A stretch of 20,000 bases of DNA, taken from Chiloscyllium plagiosum (Eukaryota). Where the stretch lies: the NCBI RefSeq assembly GCF_004010195.1, contig NC_057719.1, positions 76,726,081 to 76,746,080 on the forward strand, given 5' to 3'. Each line of letters opens with the position of its first letter. Within the stretch, counting starts at the first letter, position 1. The notes beneath the pieces were generated by a model, which was not told the origin of the DNA, searched no databases, and saw only the letters and a list, made by a program, of their open reading frames with translations. This document shows, in pieces, positions 1 through 9,849 of the stretch. Made by a program: the position numbers and the translations under genes.

Positions 1-350
1 GCCATTTCTCTCTCCTGATGCCTAAAAATGCTATTCATCTGACTGATCAAGCATGCATTCAACATTTCTGCTGTTAGTGGTACAGAACACTGGATGAGAG
101 GGGCAAAAGTGTTGGGAAAAAGTCACGGTGCTTAATAATGTTACAATGATGGATTAATCAGTCTTTCCCTCTGTGTGCTCCTAATCTTTTTAAGTTTGTG
201 TTTTACTCAGTCTCACAGATCTCTTTAGGAGTTAAAAAAGTAAGGGTTAAGAAACTCATTGAGGTAGAGGGTGGTGTGTACTGTTTACTCCCTCTGTGCA
301 TTATTCGAGTATCTTCCACATCCTAGTAAGCTTGAATGACCCTTTCACTT

Positions 351-520
351 GTACCTGGAATGCTCTGGGAATCTGTTGGAGGCAGGTTCAATTGCAGCTT
401 TCAAGAGAGAATTGGATCATTATCTGAAGAGGGAAAATTTGCAGAGCTACAGGGCAAAGAGTGACATCAGATGAATTGATTTTGCAGCAAGACACACAGA
501 ATAAAACGTTTGGCCTCCTC
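351..520 (+). mobile_element. CR1-clade LINE 3' fragment (ORF2 C-terminus plus 3' UTR remnant)
   Basis: Translates as WNAL / NLLEAGSIAAFKRELDHYLKRENLQSY with one frameshift, matching the CR1 ORF2 C-terminal motif WNxLP..VVEA.S...FK..LD.YL. It ends in a tggcctcct 3' UTR motif. Confidence 0.8.
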
Positions 521-884
521 ATACGCTTTTGAAAAGAAACCAATAACTAATTTAAACAGTCATGCACTGTAACAAAAAAAAATCAACAAGTTAATGGAAA
601 TTTATTAAAGAAGAACAGAAACTTACCAAATGTAAATTAAAATGTTATTTTTGGAGATGGTGATGATGATGCATTGCAGCCCCAGTGTTCATTTAGGACC
701 TGTAGTGACTGGTGAACTCCGCAAGCTCCTACTCCAGGGACACCAACTACAGACATAGCTGCAGACAGCCAGGAACTACAGCCCCCGCCACAGCCACTGT
801 CTGAAGCACCTTGACCAGACACAGGAATAAACCTGAGAAGAAGCCCTCTAATCTGCCAACCCCTCTCTGCATGGAGTTTAAGGA

Positions 885-1202
885 GGGTGGTGCGGTGGGT
901 TTGAGTCCAGGATTGGGTGACTGTCTGTATTGAGTTTGTACATTTGCCCTGTGCCTGCATGGGTTTCCTCCAGGTGCTCTGGTTTCCTCCCACAATCCAA
1001 AGATGTGCAGGTTAGGTGAATTGGCCATGCTAAATTGCCCATAGTGTTCAGGGATCTGTAGGTTAGGTGTATTAGTCAGGGGTAAATATAGGATAATAGG
1101 GTAGGGGAATGGGTCTGGGTGGGTCACTCTTCAGAGGGTCAGTGTGGATTTGTTGGGCCGAAGGGCCTGTTTCCACACTGCAGGGATTCTATGATTCTAT
1201 GA
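885..1202 (+). mobile_element. HE1-type V-SINE, diverged, with a deletion inside the tRNA head
   Basis: Contains the V-domain core gggtttcctccaggtgctctggtttcctcccacaatccaaagatgtgcagg, the CR1-like tail gggccgaagggcctgtttccacactg and a (gattctat)n end. The head jumps from gggtggtgcggtgg directly to a B-box-like ggtttgagtcc. Confidence 0.92.
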
Positions 1203-1999
1203 ACATGGGGCTTCAGTAATGTTTCCTTCTTTATAGCCATAATTCTATGATTCCATGATTCTGGGATGTGGGCGGTGTGGGGAAAAGAGCTGTTCTTTAA
1301 ATATAACCCCAGCAGGCTACATTCAAATGTTGAGAAGAAGCAATGTGTTCCAATATACTAACTGTAGGAACACACAAATGCTGGAACTATAGAAATAATA
1401 ATATACCGAAAGCTCAAACAAGGACCACTCATCAAAAGCGGTAACTCACTTGGAAAAGATACCCTTGTATCCAATAGATCTTCTCACAAGTTTCTGAATT
1501 TGAATGGTGGCCATGATTACCTATACATCTTTGCACACCTCTTTAATCTCACAAAAACACACTCAAGAGCAGTCAAAACAGTTTGAGTGGAAACACCCAA
1601 GAGTGAGATGGAAAGTTACCAGGGGATCTTACTTGGGCAGGAAGCTGAAAATCAACTTTCCAATGCAAGACAAAATTACAATAGTAAATTCTTAATGGCT
1701 TGAAGGCAGATTGAGGTGCACAAATAATCCTTTTGCATGTATTTGCCTGTCACACATGCTCATCACAAACCAATTTTGTCATAATTAAGTGCACCTTTCA
1801 AATCAGGTGAATGAGAAATATATGCTTTCAGATTCACAAACTATATATACATGGTGCAATGCAGGTGAGTGCTTTTCTTTTTCCTCTTTGGGGAGTGAAA
1901 GGCCATGATAGAGATCAGGTGACTGAAGGCAATAGCCAACATGCAAGCCCCTGAGGTGGACAGTCTAAAGGCACAATACAGGACTGTCAAAGAGAGAGA

Positions 2000-2715
2000 A
2001 GGAGGCTGTAGTCTAAGGCTCTTGAGGCAGAGCTTTCCGAGGCAAGGGTGGGGTAGGGGAGAGAGAGTGAGAGAGAGAGAGATAGAAAGAATGGGAAGGT
2101 GACAGTGCTGATATATGGGGAGGGGTAAGTGTTGCCCTTTAAGGATGTGGTCTCATTGTCAATGGGTGGTGGCTTCTGGGTTGTGAATGGTTGGAGAGAG
2201 ATTATTTTTACGGACTCAATTGGGGCTATCAATGGTACGGTTCAGAGAATTGCATTTGGACAATAGTCACCATGAGAGCGATGCAGTAGGTGGCAAGTCC
2301 AAGGTCATGATCACCTATCGATGCTACAGGGGGGAGGAAGGAGAATAAAGTGAATAAAATAGATGGCATGGATAATGGGAAGGGTCAGGGTTGGTTGGGT
2401 ACGGGTCAGGAACAGATTGAGGATCAGAGTGGAGAGAAGGAAAGCAGACATTGATGGATGTAGGGTCATGAGTAATGACAACAGAGAGGAATAGTTATTT
2501 TGGTTGGATCAATAGTAATGTGGGGGTTGGTGGGTCATGCGTAGAGAGGGTATTAGCTAGAGGAGTTGCTCTGTACTGTGACATGCATGATCCCTCCAAC
2601 CGTTTATTGGGAATGCCTTTGCTGTGAAAGTGGGAGCCAGACATTTTTTAAGTAGTTGGAGTTAATGATGGGCAATCTTGAATAACAACAGGGAAAACCA
2701 TTTATAGTTTAAAAT
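2000..2715 (-). mobile_element. Ancient L2-clade LINE reverse-transcriptase relic (downstream part)
   Basis: With frameshifts, the minus strand gives GFP..FKIAIITPLLKK (~2640-2700) and then CHSTE (~2570-2583), in the expected order of L2/CR1 RT motifs. The plus strand is purine-rich, as is typical of antisense L2. Confidence 0.45.
2059..2090. repeat. (GA)n microsatellite, imperfect
   Basis: gagagagagtgagagagagagagatagaaaga. Confidence 0.9.
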
Positions 2716-3649
2716 CCATGGTCAAGTGCATTCACAATCTAGGGTCAATTTCAAAACACAGAGGGCAGAACCATCCCTTCCACTGAATGACGTGGGCATT
2801 GATGATAAATTCGGGAATATCACATGAGGTGGGCAATAAGGAGACCCTTAAAGTTAAGAGCAAAATGTCCCACTTTCCAACCAACTCTTAAAACATGAGA
2901 CAAAAATCTTGCCAGTGAACAGAGAGACTCCTATTTGCAAGCATTAATATCCTCATTATTACCTAATTATTACCTAATATCCCCGTTATTATCTAATCCA
3001 GCCTCATTTACATGCAGTTTCCCAATAATACACTAGATAGAGACAATTTCATCATGAAAGTTAGAGTTGGTGCATGGCAACTCGAGCTCACTGCTTGCTC
3101 CTCCTACTTGGTCACCAGTCACCAACATCACCAACACTAGCAAGATAGCTCTGCCTTTCAGTGCTGCAATTTGGAGCCCACTGGCAGCTTTTATTGCAAT
3201 TCTTTTGCCAGGTCACTTTGTGCAGAGGGACAGGTACACCGATTGGATCAGATGGCATCTCAAAGCTCCTCACTTGCTTTTTTAGCAAACTTAGTTTGGG
3301 CACAATTCGATGCTCCACTCACAGATTCTCTGCCTTGCCTTACCTTATCTTGCCTTTTTAGAACTTTGCTCCCTCAGCCAGAGCTTAAAAGCTCATGGTA
3401 CCTCTGTCATGCCTTATGTTTAAGTGCAGAGACACAAAGCCAGGCAGGTTGTTGTGATTGTCAGCAGGCATTGGTCAAAGGAGGTTAATATGTTGCTACA
3501 TGGCACTATGCTATTTCAATCTCCCATCTCTGTGTGTCAGCAGAGTATGCAACAAACACACTGCATGAGCTTCAGCCAAATGGCCATGTTCCAAACTCTA
3601 AACAGTGTAGCTCTCATTAAATCAAAGGAAAGTACAGAGCAGTAAGTCA

Positions 3650-4030
3650 AGTGCACTGTCTGATATCAGTCCAGGGGCTTGGGCACATGGAGTCATCTGC
3701 TTGGGATAATAAGGGCCAGGGCATGTATGTCACTCCAGTCCAGGAGTGGGCCACAGTCAGCACTGCAAGTTTTAGTGAAATCAGTCTGGGGAATGGTGAC
3801 AAGTCAGTTGGGGAACTGCACAGAGTAGTCAGGGGATGGGCCGAGAAGGAGGATGAGGACATTGATCTGACCAGATTCTCAGTGGCCATGAATATTTCCA
3901 CAGATTGGCCGGGCACTGTTCAGGCAGCATTACAACTGAGTTATCATTGGATTGTGGGAGAATAGTTAACTAGAAGTGGTTGCAAATCCTGGGGAGGGGT
4001 TTTGACAGTTGGAGATAAAAAGGGAATGAG
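3650..4030 (-). mobile_element. Probable upstream part of the same ancient L2 relic (endonuclease-RT linker)
   Basis: The minus strand shows weak echoes of LFSTVK.LL.P, SP..L and LAP.I, which normally precede G.FP..FK.A.ITPLLKK. It is highly degenerate. Confidence 0.3.
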
Positions 4031-4045
4031 GCTCACAGAACTGTT

Positions 4046-4376
4046 TTTAGATTAGATTAGATTACATTACATTACATTACAGTGTGGAAACAGGCCCTTC
4101 GGCCCAACAAGTCCACACCACCCCGCCGAAGCGCAACCCACCCATACCCCTACATTTACCCCTTACCTAACACTACGGGCAATTTAGCATGGCCAATTCA
4201 CCTGACCTGCACATCTTTGGACTGTGGGAGGAAACCGGAGCACCCGAAGGAAACCCACGCAGACACGGGAAGAACGTGCAAACTCCACACAGTCAGTCGC
4301 CTGAGTCGGGAATTGAACCCGGGTCTCCGGCGCTGTGAGGCAGCAGTGCTAACCACCGTGCCACCGTGCCGCCCAC
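4046..4376 (-). mobile_element. Young full-length HE1-type V-SINE with TSD
   Basis: The tRNA head is intact (A box tggcacggtggttagc, B box ggttcaattcc) and CpGs are retained. It has a V-domain, a CR1-like tail and an (AATGT)n(AATCT)n end. The 7-bp direct repeat aactgtt lies at 4039-4045 and 4378-4384. Confidence 0.97.
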
Positions 4377-4407
4377 AAACTGTTGTTGCCCTTTAAAGGA
4401 AAAGACG

Positions 4408-5240
4408 GAAGAAATAGGAACAGGAGTAGGCTATTCATCCCTTGAGCATGCTCCATTATTCAATAGGATTATGGCTGATTCACCATTCCTCACATCGTCT
4501 TTCCTGCCCTTTCCCCATAACACTTGATTTCCAACTCATCGAGAATCTTTCTGTTTCACCCTTAAATATGCACAAGGACTTTCCCCACAGCTCTCTGTGG
4601 TAAGGAGCTCCAAAGACTCTCAGCTCTTTGAGAGAAGAAATTCCTCTTCACCTCAGTCTCAAATTGCCACCCGTCTATTCTGAGACTACGCCCTCTGGTC
4701 CTAAACTTTTCCATAAGGGAAAACATTTACTCTGTCAAGAGAATTTTATACATTTCAATGAGATCACCTATCATTCTTCCACATTCAATGAGTAGAGTCC
4801 CAACCTCTTTAACCTTTGCTCATAAGACAATTCTCCCATGCAGCAATCATCTTCATGAACCTTCTCTGAACTGCCTCCAATCAAATGACATCTGTCCTTA
4901 ATTAAGGAATTAAAACTGCTAACAGTGCTCTCGATGTAGCCTCACCAGCATCTTGTACAGTTGCAGTAAGACTTCCATATACTCCAGGCCCCCAGAGTAA
5001 GGGTCAACATTCCATTAACTTTCCTGAGTACCTGTTGTATGGGTGTTTGAGCAAGCTTTCTGTGTTCTGTGCACAAGTTCCCCTCAATTCCAATGCTCTT
5101 TGTGTTGCAGTTTTCTGCAGCTCTGTTTTCTCTGTCTAAGTAATATTCGGTTCTTTTGTTCTCCCTTCCAAAATGAACAACTTTGCATTTTCCCACATTA
5201 TACACTATTGGCCAACTTTTTCCCCACTTACTTAATCTAG
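4408..5240 (-). mobile_element. CR1-clade LINE, 5'-truncated and internally deleted
   Basis: The 3' end reads gaaataggaacaggagtaggctattca on the plus strand. The minus-strand ORF contains YNVGKCKVVHFGRENKRTEYYL and QQVLRKVNGML, both CR1 ORF2 motifs. Confidence 0.93.
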
Positions 5241-5449
5241 AGAGCCAATAACTTTGCAACTGGTACTATAAATCAACATAGCTCTGCAATCTGGCTTCAT
5301 GCTGGCATAGAGAGATGATAGGGTTAAAGGGGCATTTATGGCAGCCAAGTTTGTCACCCTTATTAACAACACCTTCTTACAGCAGACAGAGCAACTGCAC
5401 CTCCCAGTCCTGGCTGGTTGCATCAATATTGATAAAACTTCCTGTCTGG

Positions 5450-5675
5450 TGATAATGGCCAGTGACTGGAATGAACAAGGATTACTGACTAGTATTGACA
5501 AAGATTAGTGGCTGGCATCAATTAGCAGTGTTTGGTAACTGATCTAATGGGGATTAGTGACCAATAGTGATTACTGACTGGTTCACAGAAATTGGTGAAT
5601 GGTGGCTGCCTTAATAGGGATTGGTGATTGGTGTTAACAGATTTTGATGGCTGGTTGATTACTGATTGTAATGGG
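5450..5675. repeat. Degenerate minisatellite, about 9 units of 16-29 bp with core GATT(A/G)(C/G)TGA(C/T)TGGT
   Basis: Successive units include ggattactgactagt, agattagtggctggc, ggattagtgaccaat, gattactgactggt, aattggtgaatggt, ggattggtgattggt and gattactgattgt. Confidence 0.65.
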
Positions 5676-6047
5676 TTGCCGACAGACTTGAACAGAATGA
5701 GCCTTAATGAACCCAAAAACCTCACTTACCTTGTTGTTAGGTTGCCTGTTCCCATGGCATCCTTTCAGTTGAGTGCAATCCAGTGGAAATGTTACAGTGC
5801 AATTCCCCACCTCCCCATCCCAATTTGCTGGCAGCTCCTCTAGTGGAGTCTTGTTCTTTGAAGAGTCAGGAATCCCTCTAACAATTAATCTGAGAAACAC
5901 GCCCAGAGGACCCACCAACAGCCAAGGTGAGGGGATAAGGACACTGTGCTGATTCAAATACGGTGCAATAAAGACATGAATGTAGCTGATGTACACTATC
6001 AATACTTTAAATTCCTCAAAGTGCTATATTCCTTGTAATATAACCAT

Positions 6048-6305
6048 GAAAGACAAGGACAGTATATGGATGGGGCAATCACCACCTGCAAGTTCCCTGC
6101 CATGATACTCATCATCCAGACTTAGGAATGTATCTCCTGCCCTTCGCTATCGCTGGGTTAAAATCCTGGAATTCCCTCCCTTGCACTCCCCATGTACTTA
6201 CATCAGATGGACTGCAGCAGTTCAAGATGGTGGCTCATGGGAATTAGGAATGGGTAGTAATCGTTGGCCTAGCAAATGGCGCCCACATCTAATGAATGAA
6301 TAAAA
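6048..6305 (+). mobile_element. 3' end of an abundant shark L2/CR1-group LINE
   Basis: Contains accacctgcaagttccc, aaatcctggaattccctccc (KSWNSLP) and ggactgcagcagttcaag (GLQQFK), and ends in gcccacatctaatgaatgaataaaa. Confidence 0.85.
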
Positions 6306-6374
6306 CTAAATAGTCTGTGTTGAGCTATAAATAAGACAATGGTGGATTTAGCAGAATTATCTTTATTCCTAAGA

Positions 6375-6512
6375 TAAAACAAAGAAACAAGAGCTATGGA
6401 TGCTGAAGGTCTGAAAAAAAACAGAAATTGCTGGAGAAACTTAGTAAGTGTGGCAGCATCTGAGGACAGAAGGTAGAGTTAACATTTCAAATCCAGTGGC
6501 CTCTCTTCAGAA
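6375..6512 (-). mobile_element. Penelope-like element terminal (pseudo-LTR) fragment with minimal hammerhead core
   Basis: The minus strand reads ttCTGAAGAgaggccactggatttGAAAtgttaactc...cagatgctgcc...gtttctccagcaatttctg. It is homologous to 17055-17148. Confidence 0.8.
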
Positions 6513-6789
6513 GGAATATCTTTATTGCTGTTCACATGCTTCACTGACTAACATCCTCCTTATTCTTAGAATGTGGAGGGCCCACCCCTAGTAGACCTTG
6601 TTTGATACAATTGAGAGAGCAGTTCAAGTACACTCAGTGACACTGGAATCTTACATAAACTTCCTCACTCAAAGGTAACAGTGAACAAAAACATTTTCCA
6701 TCCAACAGTTGAACTGTCGCTTTTGCTGACACAAGCTTTTATCTTGATTTGCAACTGTTTTAAAAAATGAAATCGAGTTTTAAAACTTA

Positions 6790-6850
6790 ATTGCTGTGTG
6801 ATTTGAATTCCCATCCTTTGGGTTAGTAACATAACCATTGCATATCACCC
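6790..6850 (-). mobile_element. Degenerate tRNA-derived SINE head
   Basis: The minus strand has an A-box-like caatggttatgttacta and a B-box-like gaattcaaatc. Confidence 0.4.
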
Positions 6851-7355
6851 TCAGGGACATCATGTAATCTGAAGAGAACCACAGTTGTATCCAATGATTT
6901 GAAATGGAATGACTATGGCCTAAATGATTGCTGTGGAATCTTAGACCTTTTCAAGACGTATTGTTTTTGAGTAAGTTATTGACATTAAATCTTAATGGGC
7001 TAACGACAATGCTACAGGTGAAAGATAAGTGACTTAGTTTAACACTAGGTAAAAATGACTTTGTAGGTGTTATTTGATACCTTTTACATGAATGGGCAAT
7101 TCATTGCCTGTTTGTTGGGAAGAGGTCTGCAGGGTGACATCTCTCTGGGGCTGGGAGGAAGCTCAGAGAAGCCAGGGGTTGCTTGATGGCACTTGTGTTC
7201 TGTTTCCAATAAGAGCTGCCAGTGAAGAAACCTTCACCCAAGTCACCTGAATTATTCCACACTGATTCCTACTGATATCCACACACAGCAAATGATGGCT
7301 GACTTAGCCATCATCAGTCCCTTTTTGTTTGAAGTGAATGGTTACACAAAGGCTC

Positions 7356-7583
7356 TGAACTAACTCTGTAGAAGCTGATACGCCATCATCCTTCATTTAT
7401 AGGTGAAAAGTCTTTGACTCTGATCCAGCGCCTTCAGAGCTGGCTGTCAGAGTAAACAGAACCCCTGACCCTCCTGTTTATATTTGTCAATCAGCGCTCC
7501 CTGTTTGGACCAGATTAACAGCCCCAATCAGGGAACTCATATTCTATGTTATCAATTAGTTGACCTTATTACAAGTCACTACA
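7356..7583 (-). mobile_element. Solo LTR (228 bp), Gypsy/ERV-like
   Basis: It has TG...CA termini (minus strand tgtagtgac...gagttagttca), a CCAAT-like box, a TATAAA box and a decayed polyA-like taaatgaa. The flanks ggctc and ggtta are at best a decayed 5-bp TSD. Confidence 0.75.
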
Positions 7584-7845
7584 GGTTAGATAACAGGAGT
7601 TTGTGCATGGATCTGAAACTTTGACCTCCATGTCAAAGGCATTCACCCTCATTGTTTGTCTTGTTTGCGTCATATCCAACAGTGCAGTTCTTAACTACAA
7701 GGTAACATGCCTGGCTGCAATGAATGGATTAATCAACTACTTACAAATTTCATTTCAAAACGAGCTGTCCGTGTAACAGGGTCCTGTTCTGGGCTGGAAG
7801 CACAAAGATGTACCAAAATAATAGGACCAGGTCTTAGCTGATTAA

Positions 7846-7944
7846 GTCATAGTTATAGGGATCCTTGTGGCACTGAAGGAGGTCATTTGGCCCATCAAGT
7901 TCATGCTGACTGTCTATAGAGCAGTGTGTTTAGTCTCAATTCCC
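7846..7944 (-). mobile_element. CR1-clade 3' UTR fragment
   Basis: gcactgaaggaggtcatttggcccatcaagttcatgctg is the antisense CR1 3' stem-loop pattern, preceded by a catag-like tail. Confidence 0.7.
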
Positions 7945-8049
7945 ATCAAATTAGCTCTCTCATGTGTCAAATTTAATGGCTTTTCTCACCAAAACTAAAA
8001 GCGCTTACAGCAGAAGATGACAAGATTATGGCAAGCCATAGTGTACAGT

Positions 8050-8670
8050 ACTCTTACAAATACATTTCTCTAAACATTCCCCATTTCATAAAAATGCTAT
8101 TTGTATGCAATACCATTTGCAGCTACAGGTTTCCTATTATCAAGAAAGGAAATGTTCCCTCAGGCTAAAATACTGCTCAGCCTAGTTATACTTTCATCAG
8201 TCTCTGCATATGAATTACATCCATAATCTTTCAATCTTGCAGGTATTTTAATGGCACACATGCAAGTTTTTGGGCACAGTTGGTCTGACATCTTCTCATT
8301 CCTGGAGTGACATTTCTTCTCCAGGATCATTGGTCCTCAGGTGATTGCTTGCTCACAAACGTAGGAGTTGTCTTTCAAGCTGGTTTCGAGGGCAGTCGGA
8401 ACTCTCCTCAGCAGATGTTGAGTTGGTTTCACACTTTCATCAACTTCAAGATGATGTTTACTGGGAAGACAGCCAAGACATGTAAAAATATCTTCGCAAT
8501 TTGTCAGGATAGGTCCAGGTGTCAATCGCCAGTTGCTCGGAAAATGCTGCAAATTCCTTTTGGTATGTGCAGGCTAACTCTAGACTTGCTGAAATGAAAG
8601 ATCTTTGCAGATCTTTGCTGTTTCTATCATATTGGGCTTTCACTTCAGTTGTTCCCTTGGGCTGAGTACT
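8050..8670 (-). mobile_element. Ty3/Gypsy pol relic, rearranged, with possible PPT and 3' LTR start
   Basis: The minus strand gives VKAQYDRNSKDL (integrase C-terminal region), then EDIFTCLGCLPSKHHLEVDESVKPTQHLLRRVPTALETSLK (protease-RT linker), then AIKIPARLKDY (pol extreme C-terminus). A purine-rich gaaatggggaa is followed by TGT at 8076. Confidence 0.75.
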
Positions 8671-8694
8671 GCTCCATCACGCCGTTTCAACTCC

Positions 8695-8892
8695 TTCCCA
8701 CCCTCCGAAGAGCATCTCAACCAAACTTAGCCACCTATCCTGTTCCTGTAACTCCGCATTTATCATACCTGGGCTCATACAGGCATGGGGAGAATGTGCA
8801 AACTCCACACAGACAGTCGTCCAAGACCGGAATCAAACCCAGGTTCCTGGAGCTGTGAGGAAGCAATGCTAACCACTGAGCCAGCCTGCCAC
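8695..8892 (-). mobile_element. HE1-type SINE with central deletion
   Basis: The head is ggagaatgtgcaaactccacacagacagtc...gctaaccactgagcca on the plus strand, and the tail remnant is ccctccgaagagcatc. Most of the V-domain is missing. Confidence 0.88.
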
Positions 8893-9069
8893 TTTATAAG
8901 ATTGCTTTTCTTCTTTTCAGTCAAATACTCATGTGTAAAGTGATTCAGCTTCATATGGCTCAAGCACTGCTTTCCCAATGCTAGACATGTTTCCTTTCCT
9001 TATGGCTGGCATCTCCTGTAATACTGACATCCCATACTCTGGCCCTGATCTTTTTGCGAATCAATGCCA

Positions 9070-9268
9070 TCTTCCATGCTGTGTACCAGCTTGTACTGTG
9101 GGTTGGAGGATGGAGCCTCACTCCTCACTGGGTGAAGGGGATAGGGACGAATTTGTAGAGGAAGAAGGGTAGGAAGATGACCCTCCTGGAGTGGAGGCCA
9201 GACCCATAGAGAGATGTATAAGGGAGGCTTGTAACACCCTTAGTCACAACCAATTTCAGAGACCATGA
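9070..9268 (+). pseudogene. Harbinger transposase (HARBI1-like) C-terminal remnant
   Basis: Reads PCCV...EGDRDEFVEEEG*EDDPPGVEARPIERCIREACNTLSHNQFQRP*. This resembles the CCxLHN, acidic tract and R-xx-L-I-xx-R-F tail of Harbinger transposases. Confidence 0.55.
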
Positions 9269-9402
9269 TAACCTTGAAACCCTACACAATAAAAGGTCCA
9301 TCCCACATTGGTATTATATGCTCTTACAGATGTTACTCACCATGACCTGGCATCCAGCCTCTCCACACATGATACCAAATTTGAGAGACGAGTAGATTCC
9401 AC

Positions 9403-9738
9403 TTTTTTTTCTTTATTCATTCATGGAATGAGGGCATCACTGGTCAGGCAGCATTTATTGCCCAGAGGGCAATTAAGAGTTAACCTCATTGCTGTGGGTC
9501 TGGAATCACATATAGGCCAGATCGGACCAGGATAGCTGTTTCTTTCCCTAAAGCACGTTAGTGGATCAAATGGTTTTTGTTTGACAATCAACAATGGATT
9601 CATGCTCTGCATCAGACTCTTAAATCCAAATTTTTATTGAATTCAAATGCCACCATTTGCAGTGGCAAGATTTGAACCCCAGAATCTGGCTCCCTGGGTT
9701 AACAGGCCAGTAATAATACAACTAGGCCATTACCTCCC
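9403..9738 (-). mobile_element. tRNA-derived SINE (second family) with an L2/CR1-group LINE tail
   Basis: The minus-strand head is gggaggtaatggcctagttg (A box) ... ggttcaaatc (B box). The body is homologous to 11970-12286. The tail gggcaataaatgctg...catgaatgaataaagaaaaaaaa resembles the end of 6048-6305. Confidence 0.9.
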
Positions 9739-9849
9739 TTGCACCCAGTTACAGACAGGGAGATGAAGCTATCAGAGTATACAGTCCAAATGACAAGAAA
9801 ACCATTCATTATATCAATGACCCATACTTTGAAGCAACATAATCATTAA

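Noticed and set aside
626..700. Minus-strand AG...GTAAGT exon-like segment including ATG-CAT-CAT-CAT-CAC-CAT
   Set aside because: There are stops in all three frames and a poor acceptor. The His run is just a (GAT)n microsatellite.
720..887. Possible Gypsy integrase tail (LTRHRNKPEK) and polypurine tract (aaggaggg)
   Set aside because: The motif is too short, and what follows is an HE1 head rather than an LTR.
637..1127. 118-aa and 126-aa minus-strand ORFs (and similar ORFs at 4082-4396 and 15961-16278)
   Set aside because: They are translations of HE1 SINE sequence and not genes.
1365..1500. Additional Penelope-like terminus (aaatgctggaa...)
   Set aside because: It is too degenerate to support.
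4305..4374. tRNA gene
   Set aside because: It is the tRNA-derived head of a SINE, continuous with the V-domain and tail.
5450..5675. Repeat-spacer pattern as a CRISPR-like array
   Set aside because: The units are degenerate and abutting with no unique spacers, the context is eukaryotic, and there are no cas genes.
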